Below are positions 9,364-19,504 of a stretch of 60,256 nucleotides of DNA, one piece after another. This DNA comes from Candidatus Micrarchaeota archaeon (GTDB taxonomy: Archaea; Micrarchaeota; Micrarchaeia; Micrarchaeales; CABMGC01): assembly GCA_021850705.1 (NCBI GenBank), contig JAJZKU010000004.1:1-60256 (forward strand), given 5' to 3'. Numbering within the stretch: the stretch's first letter is position 1; each line of letters starts with the position of its first letter. The notes below the pieces were generated by a model. That model did not search any database and was not told the DNA's origin. It saw only the letters and a program-made list of their open reading frames with translations. A program made the translations under genes and the position numbers.

Positions 9364-10644
9364 ATGTCTTTAATAGGGTTGGCTTTCATATTCATAGCAG
9401 GCATCTCCTTTCTAGGGTTTGCCATAAATGCGCTTTTCGACAAGATAAAGATAACCAGCGTGCTTCCCTTAATGATAATAGGGCTGTTAATCGGCCCGGT
9501 CTTCGGTCTTGTAAACGTAGGCCCAAACAGCATAATAACAGAGCTTAATCCTTACATAACTGCAATAGCCATAGCGTTCGTCCTATTCGATATAGGGATG
9601 AATATGCGCATAAAGACCCTTAGCAAGGTCATATTGGCATCTACCCAGTTTGTCCTTCTTACACAGGTAATAATAGGCGCTTCAGTGGGCATATTTGTAC
9701 ACTATATAATGGGATGGTCATGGCCAATTGCACTAATATTCAGTTTTGCTGTATCTGGACCTAGTTCAATAACAGCACCTACACTTGCAAAAAACATGAA
9801 GGCTCCTGAGAACTTGCGCACCTTTATAGTATACGAAGGAGTGTTCTCCGATATCCTGGAACTTGTGGTTCCATTGGTGCTGATAAGCATATACGTGCTT
9901 CCCAACGTTGCAATAGCCACCGCTCCAGGTCCGTCAATATTCTACCAGCTAATGGGCGCAGCATCCCTTGGTGTGGTCTCGGCTTTATTCTGGCTTTACA
10001 TACTCAACAGATTTCCAGAAGCCAGCAAGAACTACAGCTGGATGCTCACTATAGCCATGGTAATAGCAACATATGGGATATCTGCCCAACTAGGCATCAA
10101 CACTGCTATAGCAGTATTCATATTCGGAATCGTGTTTGCAAACATAGGCTCGATAAACAAGGCGAAAGAAGGAGAGGAAGAGAGCTTTGTCCAGAAGTAC
10201 TTTTCAGTAAATGACTATGTAGATCATACAAGGGAGTACCAGCGCGAGATTGTCTTCTTTGTAAGCACCTTCTTCTTCGTATACATAGGATTGCTTTTCA
10301 GCCTTTCACAAATTACATTAAATATGGTGGGATTGGGAATCGCTGTAACTGCGCTTGTAATTCTATCTAGGATAATAGCCATGCCTATACTTTCCAAGGT
10401 CTTCTCCAAAGATCCTGAGACTCAGAAGATAGAACGCGGCGTGGCATACTTCAATATAGCCAGAGGTCTATCTCCTGCAATCATAGCCATATACATACTT
10501 ACTTCAGGGGTGTACGTGCAGGGATTTACAGATTCTATCTTCATGGTTATACTGATAACAAACCTGATATTCACTGCAGGGGTATTCATCTCATACAAGC
10601 CGATACTGGAAGCTCCTGCAGCTGAAAAAGCCGCTGCTAAATAA
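9364..10644 (+). CDS. Cation:proton antiporter (CPA/NhaP-like)
   Basis: Many TM segments, GLLIGP, LFDIGM, EGVFSD, FFFVYIG, ARGLSPA. Confidence 0.85.
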   Translation: MSLIGLAFIFIAGISFLGFAINALFDKIKITSVLPLMIIGLLIGPVFGLVNVGPNSIITELNPYITAIAIAFVLFDIGMNMRIKTLSKVILASTQFVLLTQVIIGASVGIFVHYIMGWSWPIALIFSFAVSGPSSITAPTLAKNMKAPENLRTFIVYEGVFSDILELVVPLVLISIYVLPNVAIATAPGPSIFYQLMGAASLGVVSALFWLYILNRFPEASKNYSWMLTIAMVIATYGISAQLGINTAIAVFIFGIVFANIGSINKAKEGEEESFVQKYFSVNDYVDHTREYQREIVFFVSTFFFVYIGLLFSLSQITLNMVGLGIAVTALVILSRIIAMPILSKVFSKDPETQKIERGVAYFNIARGLSPAIIAIYILTSGVYVQGFTDSIFMVILITNLIFTAGVFISYKPILEAPAAEKAAAK

Positions 10645-10686
10645 ACTTAAGACTATGTGCTTTTCCTGCAAGAAAAGGTGCAATAG

Positions 10687-11289
10687 ATGCATGAAGTAAA
10701 AGGAGCTAAGATAAAAACAATAGACGGTGTATACGCACCTGCAGAAGACACTATCATCGCCGCAGAGATTCTTCAAAGGAACATAGATGGCAGTAAGCTA
10801 TCTGTAGCAGAGATAGGCACAGGAACAGGAATCCTTGGCATAATTGCTGCCATGGACAAAAGAGTCTCCAATGTCATAATGTCAGACATATCGGAAGAAG
10901 CCCTTCAATGCGCAAAGGAGAATGCAAGATTAAACGGAGTAGAGAAAAAATGCACGTTAATCAAGAGCAATCTTTTCGATAGCATAGAAGGAAATTTCGA
11001 CATAATCATATTCAATCCGCCATATCTGCCAGAGGATGACGAAGTAAGATCGGGAAAGAACTGGTGGTCCGGAGGACCCACTGGCATAGAATTGACAAAG
11101 CTCTTCGTAGAGCAGGCAGAAGCCCACCTAAAAAGCAATGGCATTATAATAACTGTGGAAAGCTCTCTTGCAGACAGCAAAGCCCTGCATGATTTCATAG
11201 ACGCAAAAGGCTTCAGGATCGCAGACTCGGAAAAAGTGCACATCTTTTTCGAGGACATTGTTGCGCTTGCGCTTAAAAGGAAAGGCTAG
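10687..11289 (+). CDS. HemK2/MTQ2-family protein methyltransferase
   Basis: VYAPAEDT, EIGTGTG, SNLF, FNPPYLP, WSGGPTG. Confidence 0.88.
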   Translation: MHEVKGAKIKTIDGVYAPAEDTIIAAEILQRNIDGSKLSVAEIGTGTGILGIIAAMDKRVSNVIMSDISEEALQCAKENARLNGVEKKCTLIKSNLFDSIEGNFDIIIFNPPYLPEDDEVRSGKNWWSGGPTGIELTKLFVEQAEAHLKSNGIIITVESSLADSKALHDFIDAKGFRIADSEKVHIFFEDIVALALKRKG

Positions 11290-12524
11290 TGTATCTTCAA
11301 TACCTTCTTGACCTTTGCCAGCGCATCTATAGCAGCGTCTACATCCTCTCTCTTGTTGTAGATATAGAAGCTCATCCTTGATACGGAATCCTCGTTGAGC
11401 ACCTGATTCACCAGAGGCATCGCACAATGGTGTCCCGCCCTTATCGCTACATTCTCGCTGTCGAATATCTGTGCAACATCGTGAGGGTGCGCCCCGCTTA
11501 CCTTGAAGGATACAGCTCCGCCTCTTCTCTCAATCTGGTCTTCAAGAGGTCCGTAGACTGTAACTCCGACCTCTCTAAGTCTCTTTATCGCATAAACTGT
11601 AAGCTCCTTTTCATGCTCCCTTACATTCTGCATTCCTATCCTGTCAAGATACTCTATGGCAGCCCCGAATCCTATTCCACCCTCTATGTTCGAGGTTCCG
11701 GATTCAAATTTCCATGGAAGTTCATTGTATGAGCAAGAGTCGAAATCAACGCTCTTTATCATGTCCCCTCCTCCAAGGAGCGGTTCCATCTCCTCAAGAA
11801 GCTCCTCCTTGCCGTAAAGGACGCCTATGCCTGCAGGACCGAGCATCTTATGGCTCGAGAAGGCCATGAAATCGCAGTCTATCTTCTTAACGTCTATCGG
11901 CATGTGCGGAACTGCCTGTGCGCCGTCTATTATGACTAATGCTCCTGCGTCATGTGCCATCTTGGTCATCTTCTCCATCTCCGTTATGGTTCCAAGGACA
12001 TTCGACGCTGCTGTGAAAGAGACAATCTTGGGCTTCGCCTCAAGCTTCATCTCAAAGTCTTCCATGTCTATAAGCCTTTTCTTCTCATCAAGGGCTATGT
12101 AATCCATAACCGTATTCTTCCTCTCCTTGAGCATCTGCCATGGAACTATATTGCTGTGGTGCTCCATCTCAGTAAGCAGTATCCCGTCTCCGCCCCTGAG
12201 CTTCCTTCCTGCCCATGAGAGCGCAAGAAGGTTTATCGACTCTGTCGTATTCCTTGTATAGACTATGTTCCTGTAAGAGTCCGCGTTTATCAATTTTGCA
12301 GCAAGCTCCTTAGAGCGTATGTACTCGTCAGTAGCTCTTACCGATATCTTATAGATTCCACGGTGTATGTTGGCGTTGTACTCCCTGTAGTATTGATCTA
12401 TCTTGTCTATCACCTGCTGCGGCTTCTGCGATGTGGAAGCACTATCCAGATAGACCAATCTCTTGCCCTCCCTTTCCTGCGACAGTATCGGGAAATCCTC
12501 TATTATCTTATTAGAATCAAGCAT
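11286..12524 (-). CDS. sufS: Cysteine desulfurase SufS
   Basis: YLDSASTSQKP, EHHSNIVPW, SSHKMLGP (PLP Lys), RAGHHCA. Confidence 0.95.
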   Translation of the reverse strand: MLDSNKIIEDFPILSQEREGKRLVYLDSASTSQKPQQVIDKIDQYYREYNANIHRGIYKISVRATDEYIRSKELAAKLINADSYRNIVYTRNTTESINLLALSWAGRKLRGGDGILLTEMEHHSNIVPWQMLKERKNTVMDYIALDEKKRLIDMEDFEMKLEAKPKIVSFTAASNVLGTITEMEKMTKMAHDAGALVIIDGAQAVPHMPIDVKKIDCDFMAFSSHKMLGPAGIGVLYGKEELLEEMEPLLGGGDMIKSVDFDSCSYNELPWKFESGTSNIEGGIGFGAAIEYLDRIGMQNVREHEKELTVYAIKRLREVGVTVYGPLEDQIERRGGAVSFKVSGAHPHDVAQIFDSENVAIRAGHHCAMPLVNQVLNEDSVSRMSFYIYNKREDVDAAIDALAKVKKVLKIH

Positions 12525-13256
12525 CTACACACCATTCTCGTATCCTTCCTTCTCTATCTTCTTGACAAGTTCATCTCCTCCCTCCATTATTATCCTGCCG
12601 TTTTTCATCACATGTATCTGATCAGGTTTGAGGTATTCAAGGATTCTGCTGTAATGCGTTATAAGGATAACGCCTGCGCCTGTCTCCTTCATGAACCTGC
12701 TTATGTTCTCTGCCACAATCTTAACCGCATCAACGTCAAGGCCCGAATCAGGCTCGTCGAGTATCGCTATCCCTGGCTTCAGTATCTGCATCTGCAGTAT
12801 CTCCACCTTCTTCTTCTCGCCTCCTGAGAAGCCGGCGTTTAGCGATCTGCCAACCAGGTCTTCCTTGAGCTTCAGTCCGGAAGAACGCTCCTTAACCTCA
12901 TTCATGAATTCGCGAACGCTCTTCGTATCCCTCTTCATGGAGTTCCTTGCAGCGTTAAGGAAGTTGAGTATTCCCAGTCCTTCTATCTCCACTGGCTCCT
13001 GGAACTGAAGGAAGAGCCCTAGCTTCGCGCGTTCGTTTGCCGGAAGATCATTTATCTCCTTTCCATTAACAAGAACCTTTCCGCTCTTTATCTTGTAATC
13101 TGGATGGCCCATTATGCCCTTGGCAAGACTGGACTTGCCGCAGCCGTTAGGCCCCATGAGCACATGGAGCTCTCCGCTACTGACATTAAGATCAGTGCCG
13201 TCAACTACCTTATTGCCGCCAATCTCTATACAAACATTTTTTATCTCAAGTTTCAT
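12525..13256 (-). CDS. sufC: Fe-S cluster assembly ATPase SufC
   Basis: MGPNGCGKS, FQEPVEIEG, GFSGGEKKK, LDEPDSGLDVDA, ITHY. Confidence 0.95.
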   Translation of the reverse strand: MKLEIKNVCIEIGGNKVVDGTDLNVSSGELHVLMGPNGCGKSSLAKGIMGHPDYKIKSGKVLVNGKEINDLPANERAKLGLFLQFQEPVEIEGLGILNFLNAARNSMKRDTKSVREFMNEVKERSSGLKLKEDLVGRSLNAGFSGGEKKKVEILQMQILKPGIAILDEPDSGLDVDAVKIVAENISRFMKETGAGVILITHYSRILEYLKPDQIHVMKNGRIIMEGGDELVKKIEKEGYENGV

Positions 13257-13260
13257 ACTC

Positions 13261-14430
13261 TCACCAATTTGCATTCCATACGTTCTTCATGCTTATTCCG
13301 GGAACCTTCCCGAAAGAGCCGCTCTCAGACTTTTCAAGCAGCATCGATGTGGAAAGCTCCCTCGCCAATGGATTTGTTATGCCTGAAAGATATTTAGACA
13401 TGAACGCTCCAACGAAGAGCCTTCTGCTCTCAACGCTGTCTATCCCTCTGGACATTATGTAGAACAGCGCATCCTTGTCTATAGGGGCTGTTGCGGCAGA
13501 GTGCGTTGCCGATACTCCGTCACCGTAGTCGATAGCCATGTCCGGAAGCGCATCTATGTGCGCCGCTTCGCTCAGCAGTATCCCATGCTCTTCTACTCTT
13601 GATATGGCTCCTTTCGCAAGCTTCTCCACCTTCGCATAGCCCTTCAGCATGCACATCGAGCTCCCGTCAAGCACAGCTCCGCTCTCAAGCTTCGCATAGG
13701 TATTGGGCTTGGCATTTGTCATGAATGTATTGATGTCAAACTTCTGGTCAGATGCCCCTACAACTATCTCCTTTGCATCTATTCTGGATCCTTCCTCATT
13801 CGCATAGAACTCATTCTTCATCTTTGTAACCGAGGAGCCGCTATAGACGAAATTCGCCTTAAGCTCAGCCCCTTTGTAGACCTCTGCCTTTGCAAAACCC
13901 ATCATGCATGAGCCGCTTGTCTTGTTGTTGACAAGGCTGAATTCTGCATGTGCATTGCTCTCTACCATGAATTCATGGAGAGGCGCTACAGAATAAATAT
14001 CCTGATCTGCAGAGCAGTAGTACTCGAACATATTGAGCCTCGATCCGGACCCGCATCTGACAAGGATCTGGAATGGCATATGCCCCGAATTTATCGCCAT
14101 TATTCCAATCTTAGCACTCTCATTGTCAGGTATCTCTATGATTATAACATGCTTGGAATTGGCATTTATGTAAGCCGATATTCTGTCTTCGCTTCCATTT
14201 GTCATCTTCCCTTCAATCATGCTGCCAGGAATTTCATCAGCAGAAAACACCTTTACGAATTTACCAGAATTCTTCACTTCAGTATCGGAAACTATCACAT
14301 CAAACTTAGAATCAAGCTGCTTCTCAATCTCTGAAGCGCGCTCCATCACTGAAGGTCCTGACACTATGCTCTTCGGATATTCAAGCTTTAAGCTGTTCCT
14401 GCTGTAAAGCTCGTTAATCTCGTCCGGCAT
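13261..14430 (-). CDS. sufD: Fe-S cluster assembly protein SufD (SufBD family)
   Basis: Beta-helix-type sequence, ATHSAAT, LFYIMSRGI; lies between sufB and sufC. Confidence 0.85.
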   Translation of the reverse strand: MPDEINELYSRNSLKLEYPKSIVSGPSVMERASEIEKQLDSKFDVIVSDTEVKNSGKFVKVFSADEIPGSMIEGKMTNGSEDRISAYINANSKHVIIIEIPDNESAKIGIMAINSGHMPFQILVRCGSGSRLNMFEYYCSADQDIYSVAPLHEFMVESNAHAEFSLVNNKTSGSCMMGFAKAEVYKGAELKANFVYSGSSVTKMKNEFYANEEGSRIDAKEIVVGASDQKFDINTFMTNAKPNTYAKLESGAVLDGSSMCMLKGYAKVEKLAKGAISRVEEHGILLSEAAHIDALPDMAIDYGDGVSATHSAATAPIDKDALFYIMSRGIDSVESRRLFVGAFMSKYLSGITNPLARELSTSMLLEKSESGSFGKVPGISMKNVWNANW

Positions 14431-14488
14431 CTCGGCATAATAACTATGTGCGTTCTTTGCAAATTCATTATAATTCAGAAAAACACCT

Positions 14489-17074
14489 TCAGCCTACTCC
14501 TTTGCTTGTGTCCAGTTTTATCAGTCTCTTCAGTTCAAGCGAGTACTCCATAGGAAGTACCTTTGTAAGATCATCAAGGAAACCAAGCACTATCATCGCT
14601 ACCGCATCATCCTCGCTTATTCCTCTTGACATCAAGTAGAATATCTCATCATTGCTTATCTTCCCTACCTTCGCCTCATGGCTTATCATCGCATCATTCC
14701 TCTCTATATTGTTGTAAGGGAAGGTATTAGTCTTTGCATCGGAATCAAGAAGCAGCGCATCGCATGAGACATGGGATTTGACATTCGCGGCGCTCTTTGT
14801 AACGCGTATCTGTCCACGGAATGTCGTAACTCCGGAGCCTTTAGAAACGCTCTTCGATATTATCTTTGAAGTCGTATTCGGGGCTATGTGGATTATCTTG
14901 CCTCCTGAATCCTGTATCTGCCCCTCTCCTGCTATCGCTATCGAAAGGACCTCTCCCTTTGCTCCCTCTCCGCGCAGGAATATAGATGGATACTTCATGT
15001 TTACTTTGCTGCCTATATTTGCGTCAATCCATTCCACTCTGGCGTCCTGCTCTGCATGCGCTCTCTGCGTTACCAGATTGTATACATTCTTGGACCAGTT
15101 CTGTATCGTTACATACCTTATGTGTGCACCTTTCATCGCTACCATCTCTACCACCGCTGAATGCAGAGAGTCGACAGCGTATACTGGCGCAGTGCAATTG
15201 TGAACCGCAACATTCTCGGCTACATAGCTCTCGTTCTCCTCCACGCTAAAGTTATACACGGGAAGGTTAGTTACCTTTTCACAGCTTATGCTCTTTATCG
15301 GTACAAACGCATAATTGTCAGTTATCTTTGCATAGGAAGAAAGGCTCTTCTCACCGAGCATGTTCAGCATCTGCAGATATTCATACCTGCTAGTCCCTGC
15401 CTTCACCAACGTCCTGAATTCTACCAAGGAGGCAAACTCCTGCAGATACTCGCCACCCACATAAACAACATACATCGTATGCCTGTTCCCAGGCCTTGCC
15501 GCCTTATTCACAGAACCGAATATATTGCATCTTAACAGCATGTCCCTAATCTGTTCAGCCAGTCTCTTCGATATTGTATTCATGCGGAACATTCTCTTGG
15601 TGCCCCAGGAATACTGCTTGTACATGAAGCTGCCATCCCCTCTCCAGAAGCCCTTTATTATCTCGGCCTGTTTTGCAGGATCCTCAAGCATCACCCACTT
15701 CGGCAGACTCTTAGCGCCTGCCCCATGCCCAAACTGTGCGGTAAAGAACTTTGCAGCTATTGTGGAACACAGTATTACGCTTATCCCATTCTTATACTCC
15801 TTCTGTATTATCGGCTTCTTATTGAAGTATCTCTCAAGCAGCGATGCAGTATCCTGTATCAATTCCGTCTCATTCTTATTGAATGTAAACGAGAGATAAT
15901 GCCCGCTTATTACGCTGCCTTCAGAAAGGTAATAGCCGACCAATCTGAAGAAATCCTTGTCAGTTTGCAGCTCAAGATCCGTCCTTACGGAGTCCCATCT
16001 CCTCTTGGATATTATTGTAAAGGTCTTCCGCTCATTAGATACTACCTGCCTGTCTATAGGCATTGCTACATAATCATACTTCTTAAGATCCTTTGCCGGC
16101 ACCCATTCCGTCTTCCACTCAGCATTCTTGTATTCGCTTCGTGTTCTCTTAGAAACGAGAAAAGGATGTTCATCAGTCGCTTTTACCTCACATGTGGAAT
16201 CTCCGAAATATTTCAGAGTGTACATCTCTCCTGTATGGGGTCTTACCTGCGTGTGGTAGACTCTCTTATAAGTGCCGTCGTGTGTAAGGACCATGTCCCC
16301 GACTTTTATCTCCTCTATCCTGACAGGCCCGTTCTCAGTAGTGACCATAGTCCCTGCAACAAAGCAACCTTCTATATACGTAACGTCTGCGCCTTCATCA
16401 GCTATTATGAGCGTGCGCTCGAACTGCCCTGACTTCTGCGCGTTTATCCTGAAATAAGCATTAAGAGGCATAGGCACCTTCACCCCTTTCGGTACGTATA
16501 TGAATGTGCCACCGGACCATGTGGCCGTGTTGAGCGCTGCAAACTTATTGTCAGTAGGAGGTATTATCGTCCCGAAGTACTTCTGCATAAGCTCAGGGTA
16601 CTTCTTTACCGCATTATCAGTATCGGTGAATATTATACCAAGTTTGTCCAGCTCCTCGTTTATATGTGAATAAACTACGCCGCTGTCGAACTGCGCCTCA
16701 GCCCCTGAAAAGAACTTCCTCTCTGCTTCCGGCACGCCCAGCTTGTCGAACGTATTCTTTATGTCTTCAGGCACATCCTCCCACTTGTTGGACTCCTTGC
16801 CCTTGGGCTTTACATAGTAATAGAAATCGCTGAAGTCTATCTTGCTCAGATCAGCTCCCCACTTCGGCATGGGCTTCGATTCGAATATCTTATATCCTGT
16901 CAGCCTCTTCTGGAGCATCCACTCAGGCTCTCCTTTAAGCTCTGATATCTTACGAACCACGCTCTCCGATAAGCCCTTCTCAAAATCCTCGTACTTCACG
17001 TTCTTCTCGCTGAATCCGTAGGCTTCGTTATAATCAAGCTTCTCTACTATCTCTTCCAAACCTTCATTCGACAT
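14489..17074 (-). CDS. sufB: Fe-S cluster assembly protein SufB, intein-containing
   Basis: DNKFAALN, WSGGTFIYVP, GQFERTLII, YIEG/CTAP, LHSAVVE, IQNWS, FYLMSRG; start ATG 17074. Confidence 0.95.
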   Translation of the reverse strand: MSNEGLEEIVEKLDYNEAYGFSEKNVKYEDFEKGLSESVVRKISELKGEPEWMLQKRLTGYKIFESKPMPKWGADLSKIDFSDFYYYVKPKGKESNKWEDVPEDIKNTFDKLGVPEAERKFFSGAEAQFDSGVVYSHINEELDKLGIIFTDTDNAVKKYPELMQKYFGTIIPPTDNKFAALNTATWSGGTFIYVPKGVKVPMPLNAYFRINAQKSGQFERTLIIADEGADVTYIEGCFVAGTMVTTENGPVRIEEIKVGDMVLTHDGTYKRVYHTQVRPHTGEMYTLKYFGDSTCEVKATDEHPFLVSKRTRSEYKNAEWKTEWVPAKDLKKYDYVAMPIDRQVVSNERKTFTIISKRRWDSVRTDLELQTDKDFFRLVGYYLSEGSVISGHYLSFTFNKNETELIQDTASLLERYFNKKPIIQKEYKNGISVILCSTIAAKFFTAQFGHGAGAKSLPKWVMLEDPAKQAEIIKGFWRGDGSFMYKQYSWGTKRMFRMNTISKRLAEQIRDMLLRCNIFGSVNKAARPGNRHTMYVVYVGGEYLQEFASLVEFRTLVKAGTSRYEYLQMLNMLGEKSLSSYAKITDNYAFVPIKSISCEKVTNLPVYNFSVEENESYVAENVAVHNCTAPVYAVDSLHSAVVEMVAMKGAHIRYVTIQNWSKNVYNLVTQRAHAEQDARVEWIDANIGSKVNMKYPSIFLRGEGAKGEVLSIAIAGEGQIQDSGGKIIHIAPNTTSKIISKSVSKGSGVTTFRGQIRVTKSAANVKSHVSCDALLLDSDAKTNTFPYNNIERNDAMISHEAKVGKISNDEIFYLMSRGISEDDAVAMIVLGFLDDLTKVLPMEYSLELKRLIKLDTSKGVG
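15197..16366 (-). mobile_element. Intein (390 aa) with LAGLIDADG homing endonuclease in SufB
   Basis: N-junction YIEG/CFVAGT, block B ATDEHPF, LVGYYLSEGS and IKGFWRGDGS endonuclease motifs, block F VYNFSVE, C-junction VHN/CTAP. Confidence 0.95.
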
Positions 17075-17076
17075 GT

Positions 17077-17427
17077 TCAGCCCTTTGCAACCTTGTCTGC
17101 GTATGAGAATCTGCACTCTGTTTCGGTAAGCGCCCTGCATATGGTGCATATGCACAGCTCGACATAGTGCTCCTTCTTCTGATGTATCATCTCTATGTAA
17201 TAGTTGAACCTCTCATCCTTCATTATCGTCTCCTTTATCTCTGCTATCCTCCCTGAGCTCTTGCCGTTCAGATACTTGCTTACCGCTGCCTGTGCGACTC
17301 CAAGCCTGTCCGCTATGTCCTGCTCCGTCATGTTATACCTTTTCTTAAGCACCGTGGCTATGAAGAGCCTTGCGGCAGGTATTATCTCCCTGTCTGCCTT
17401 TCCATAATCAACATGAATCCCTTCCAT
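17077..17427 (-). CDS. HTH transcriptional regulator with a Cys cluster, first gene of the suf operon
   Basis: IIPAAR...MTEQDIADRLGVAQAAVSKYL HTH; C-terminal CICTIC...C. Confidence 0.8.
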   Translation of the reverse strand: MEGIHVDYGKADREIIPAARLFIATVLKKRYNMTEQDIADRLGVAQAAVSKYLNGKSSGRIAEIKETIMKDERFNYYIEMIHQKKEHYVELCICTICRALTETECRFSYADKVAKG

Positions 17428-17472
17428 ATAACTCAGTTATATTTATGCAAGACAAGGGTTTTTATATATGCT

Positions 17473-18252
17473 CTATCGGTTCCCGCTCTTAAGTACCATA
17501 TTCCATGCGGTATCTGGCCTTTCTCCTATGCTCTTTGAATACCTGCGTGCATACTTTGTATCTTCAGGAATGCACTCAAGGCCATTATTCGTTCCTATTC
17601 TATCCATCTCAAGCAGATCCTCTCCATTTATATCAATGCCATGCTCAGTCTCATTCCTGCTGAGCCATCTGAGCTCATGCATGACGAATCCGGAGCCGCT
17701 TGGGGTGAGCAGCATGTCTATCGAGTTTATCCCTTCTATGCTTTTTCTTACAAGAAGCTGGTCAAGCTTTCTGTCAAGCGCAGTTATATAGCTGCTCCTT
17801 GTCCTGCAGAAGTTCATTATCCTTCTGTAGTTGATATCAGGAAATGGACAGACGAGCAGGTCTGCACCGTATGACTTTGCGATATCCTGTGCAACAAAGG
17901 CGACATCATGCTTGCTCTTCATGCACCTCCTGATAAAGTTGTCTCCGTTAATCCTTTCTATCTTCTTGCACACGACAGCAATCTTTGAGAATCTGGGTGC
18001 ACATGATGCAACGCTTCCTATGACGGAGAACTGGTCAAAGCTGGCAACGCTCTCAACAGCGATATTGGAACCTGAAAGGAAGGCCATAAGGAGAAGCTTG
18101 CCAACATTCTCTGATATTTCTATAACAGAATGCTCCGTTCTATCATCGGGAAAAGCCGATCTTAAACGGACCCTGCCAACATTAAGGCTCTCCAATAGCC
18201 TATCTCTCACCGCATATGTGCCTGCTATCATGTTCAAAGCCTCCATATGCAA
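17473..18252 (-). CDS. Hypothetical protein
   Basis: 259-aa ORF filling the gap; no motif recognised. Confidence 0.55.
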   Translation of the reverse strand: MHMEALNMIAGTYAVRDRLLESLNVGRVRLRSAFPDDRTEHSVIEISENVGKLLLMAFLSGSNIAVESVASFDQFSVIGSVASCAPRFSKIAVVCKKIERINGDNFIRRCMKSKHDVAFVAQDIAKSYGADLLVCPFPDINYRRIMNFCRTRSSYITALDRKLDQLLVRKSIEGINSIDMLLTPSGSGFVMHELRWLSRNETEHGIDINGEDLLEMDRIGTNNGLECIPEDTKYARRYSKSIGERPDTAWNMVLKSGNR

Positions 18253-18384
18253 TATGGTATACTTTTACCTTAATATATGTTTCTATACTTGAATAAAAGA
18301 AACTGGAAAATAGTGCATCTGATTATAGAACCGTTGCTGCTCATATGTATTTATATAATTTATCCGAGATTACCAATAGGATAG

Positions 18385-18726
18385 GTGATATTTATGCCAA
18401 AGAGAGAGCGCGATAACGACAGCATATGGGCAATAAGAAAGCTTATGTCAAAGCCCAATTATGCTGTACTGAAACTGCTTTTAGTCAAATCCCCAAGGAC
18501 GACAAGGGAGCTGTATGTTCTTCTTGGGAAGAAGTTTACAAGGAAGACACTTATAATAACGCTAAGGAGCCTGTCTATGGACCTCAATGTGCTGCAGCCT
18601 ACGCACATAAGGACGGAGAGAGGTTATGACCTCGGATATAACATAAACCCGAAATTGAAGGAGATGATAAAGTCCATAGAGAAGTTCGAGAAGGTCATCG
18701 AGTCGATAACGAACTCAAGGTCCTGA
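18385..18726 (+). CDS. Winged-helix DNA-binding protein (putative)
   Basis: Basic; VLKLL..KSPRTTRELY...TRKTLIITLRSL...GYNI wHTH-like pattern. Confidence 0.55.
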   Translation: MIFMPKRERDNDSIWAIRKLMSKPNYAVLKLLLVKSPRTTRELYVLLGKKFTRKTLIITLRSLSMDLNVLQPTHIRTERGYDLGYNINPKLKEMIKSIEKFEKVIESITNSRS

Positions 18727-18748
18727 TTTTATTCTTTAAAGTGAAATT

Positions 18749-19483
18749 ATGGTAGTGCTAAAGCCGGTCGTGATAAACAAGCCATATGTTCTAACGAGCA
18801 TAGAGAAATCCACCAGAGACGTCACGACATTCAGGTTCGAATCGAAGGAGAAGACAAGTGTCCACTTCATACCTGGCATGTTTGCAATGCTTACCTATAA
18901 AGATCCTGAGAGCGGCAAGTCGATAAGCAGGGCATTTTCTATAGCAAATGCTCCACCATCAGATTACTTCGAGTTCTTCATAGCTATGATAAACGGACAA
19001 CTTACATCAAAGCTTGCAGACGCGAAGGTCAACGACGTATATTACATCTCTGCTCCATACGGGCAGTTCCAGTTCGATATAAATGCAGGGACGAAGTTCC
19101 TCTTCCTTGCAGGAGGAACCGGAGTCGCCCCGTTCTTCTCAATGCTGAGACAGGCGGAGAGCATGGGCAAAAAGCTCGACTGCTCAATGATATACAGCGT
19201 AAAGTATCCTTATGATATAATAGAGAAGGAAGAGATTGCAAAGTTCGAGAGGGATATGGATCTTAAGAACCTTGTCACTGTCACAAGGCCTGCCGAAGGC
19301 GACGGATGGACAGGACAGACTGGCAGGGTGAACGGAGAGATGATCAAGAAGTTCGTACCTGACTTCCTCGACAGAATAACATACATCTGCGGACCTCCGG
19401 CATTTGTGACTGCACTCAAGAACGACATGATAGCTATGGGTGCAAATGACAGGGAGATAAGGGCAGAGATGTGGGGAGAGTAA
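18749..19483 (+). CDS. FAD/NAD(P)-binding ferredoxin reductase-like oxidoreductase
   Basis: FIPGMF, RAFSIA, PYGQF, LAGGTGVAPF, YICGPP. Confidence 0.9.
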   Translation: MVVLKPVVINKPYVLTSIEKSTRDVTTFRFESKEKTSVHFIPGMFAMLTYKDPESGKSISRAFSIANAPPSDYFEFFIAMINGQLTSKLADAKVNDVYYISAPYGQFQFDINAGTKFLFLAGGTGVAPFFSMLRQAESMGKKLDCSMIYSVKYPYDIIEKEEIAKFERDMDLKNLVTVTRPAEGDGWTGQTGRVNGEMIKKFVPDFLDRITYICGPPAFVTALKNDMIAMGANDREIRAEMWGE

Positions 19484-19504
19484 AAGCAATTGCCTCTCTT
19501 TTTA

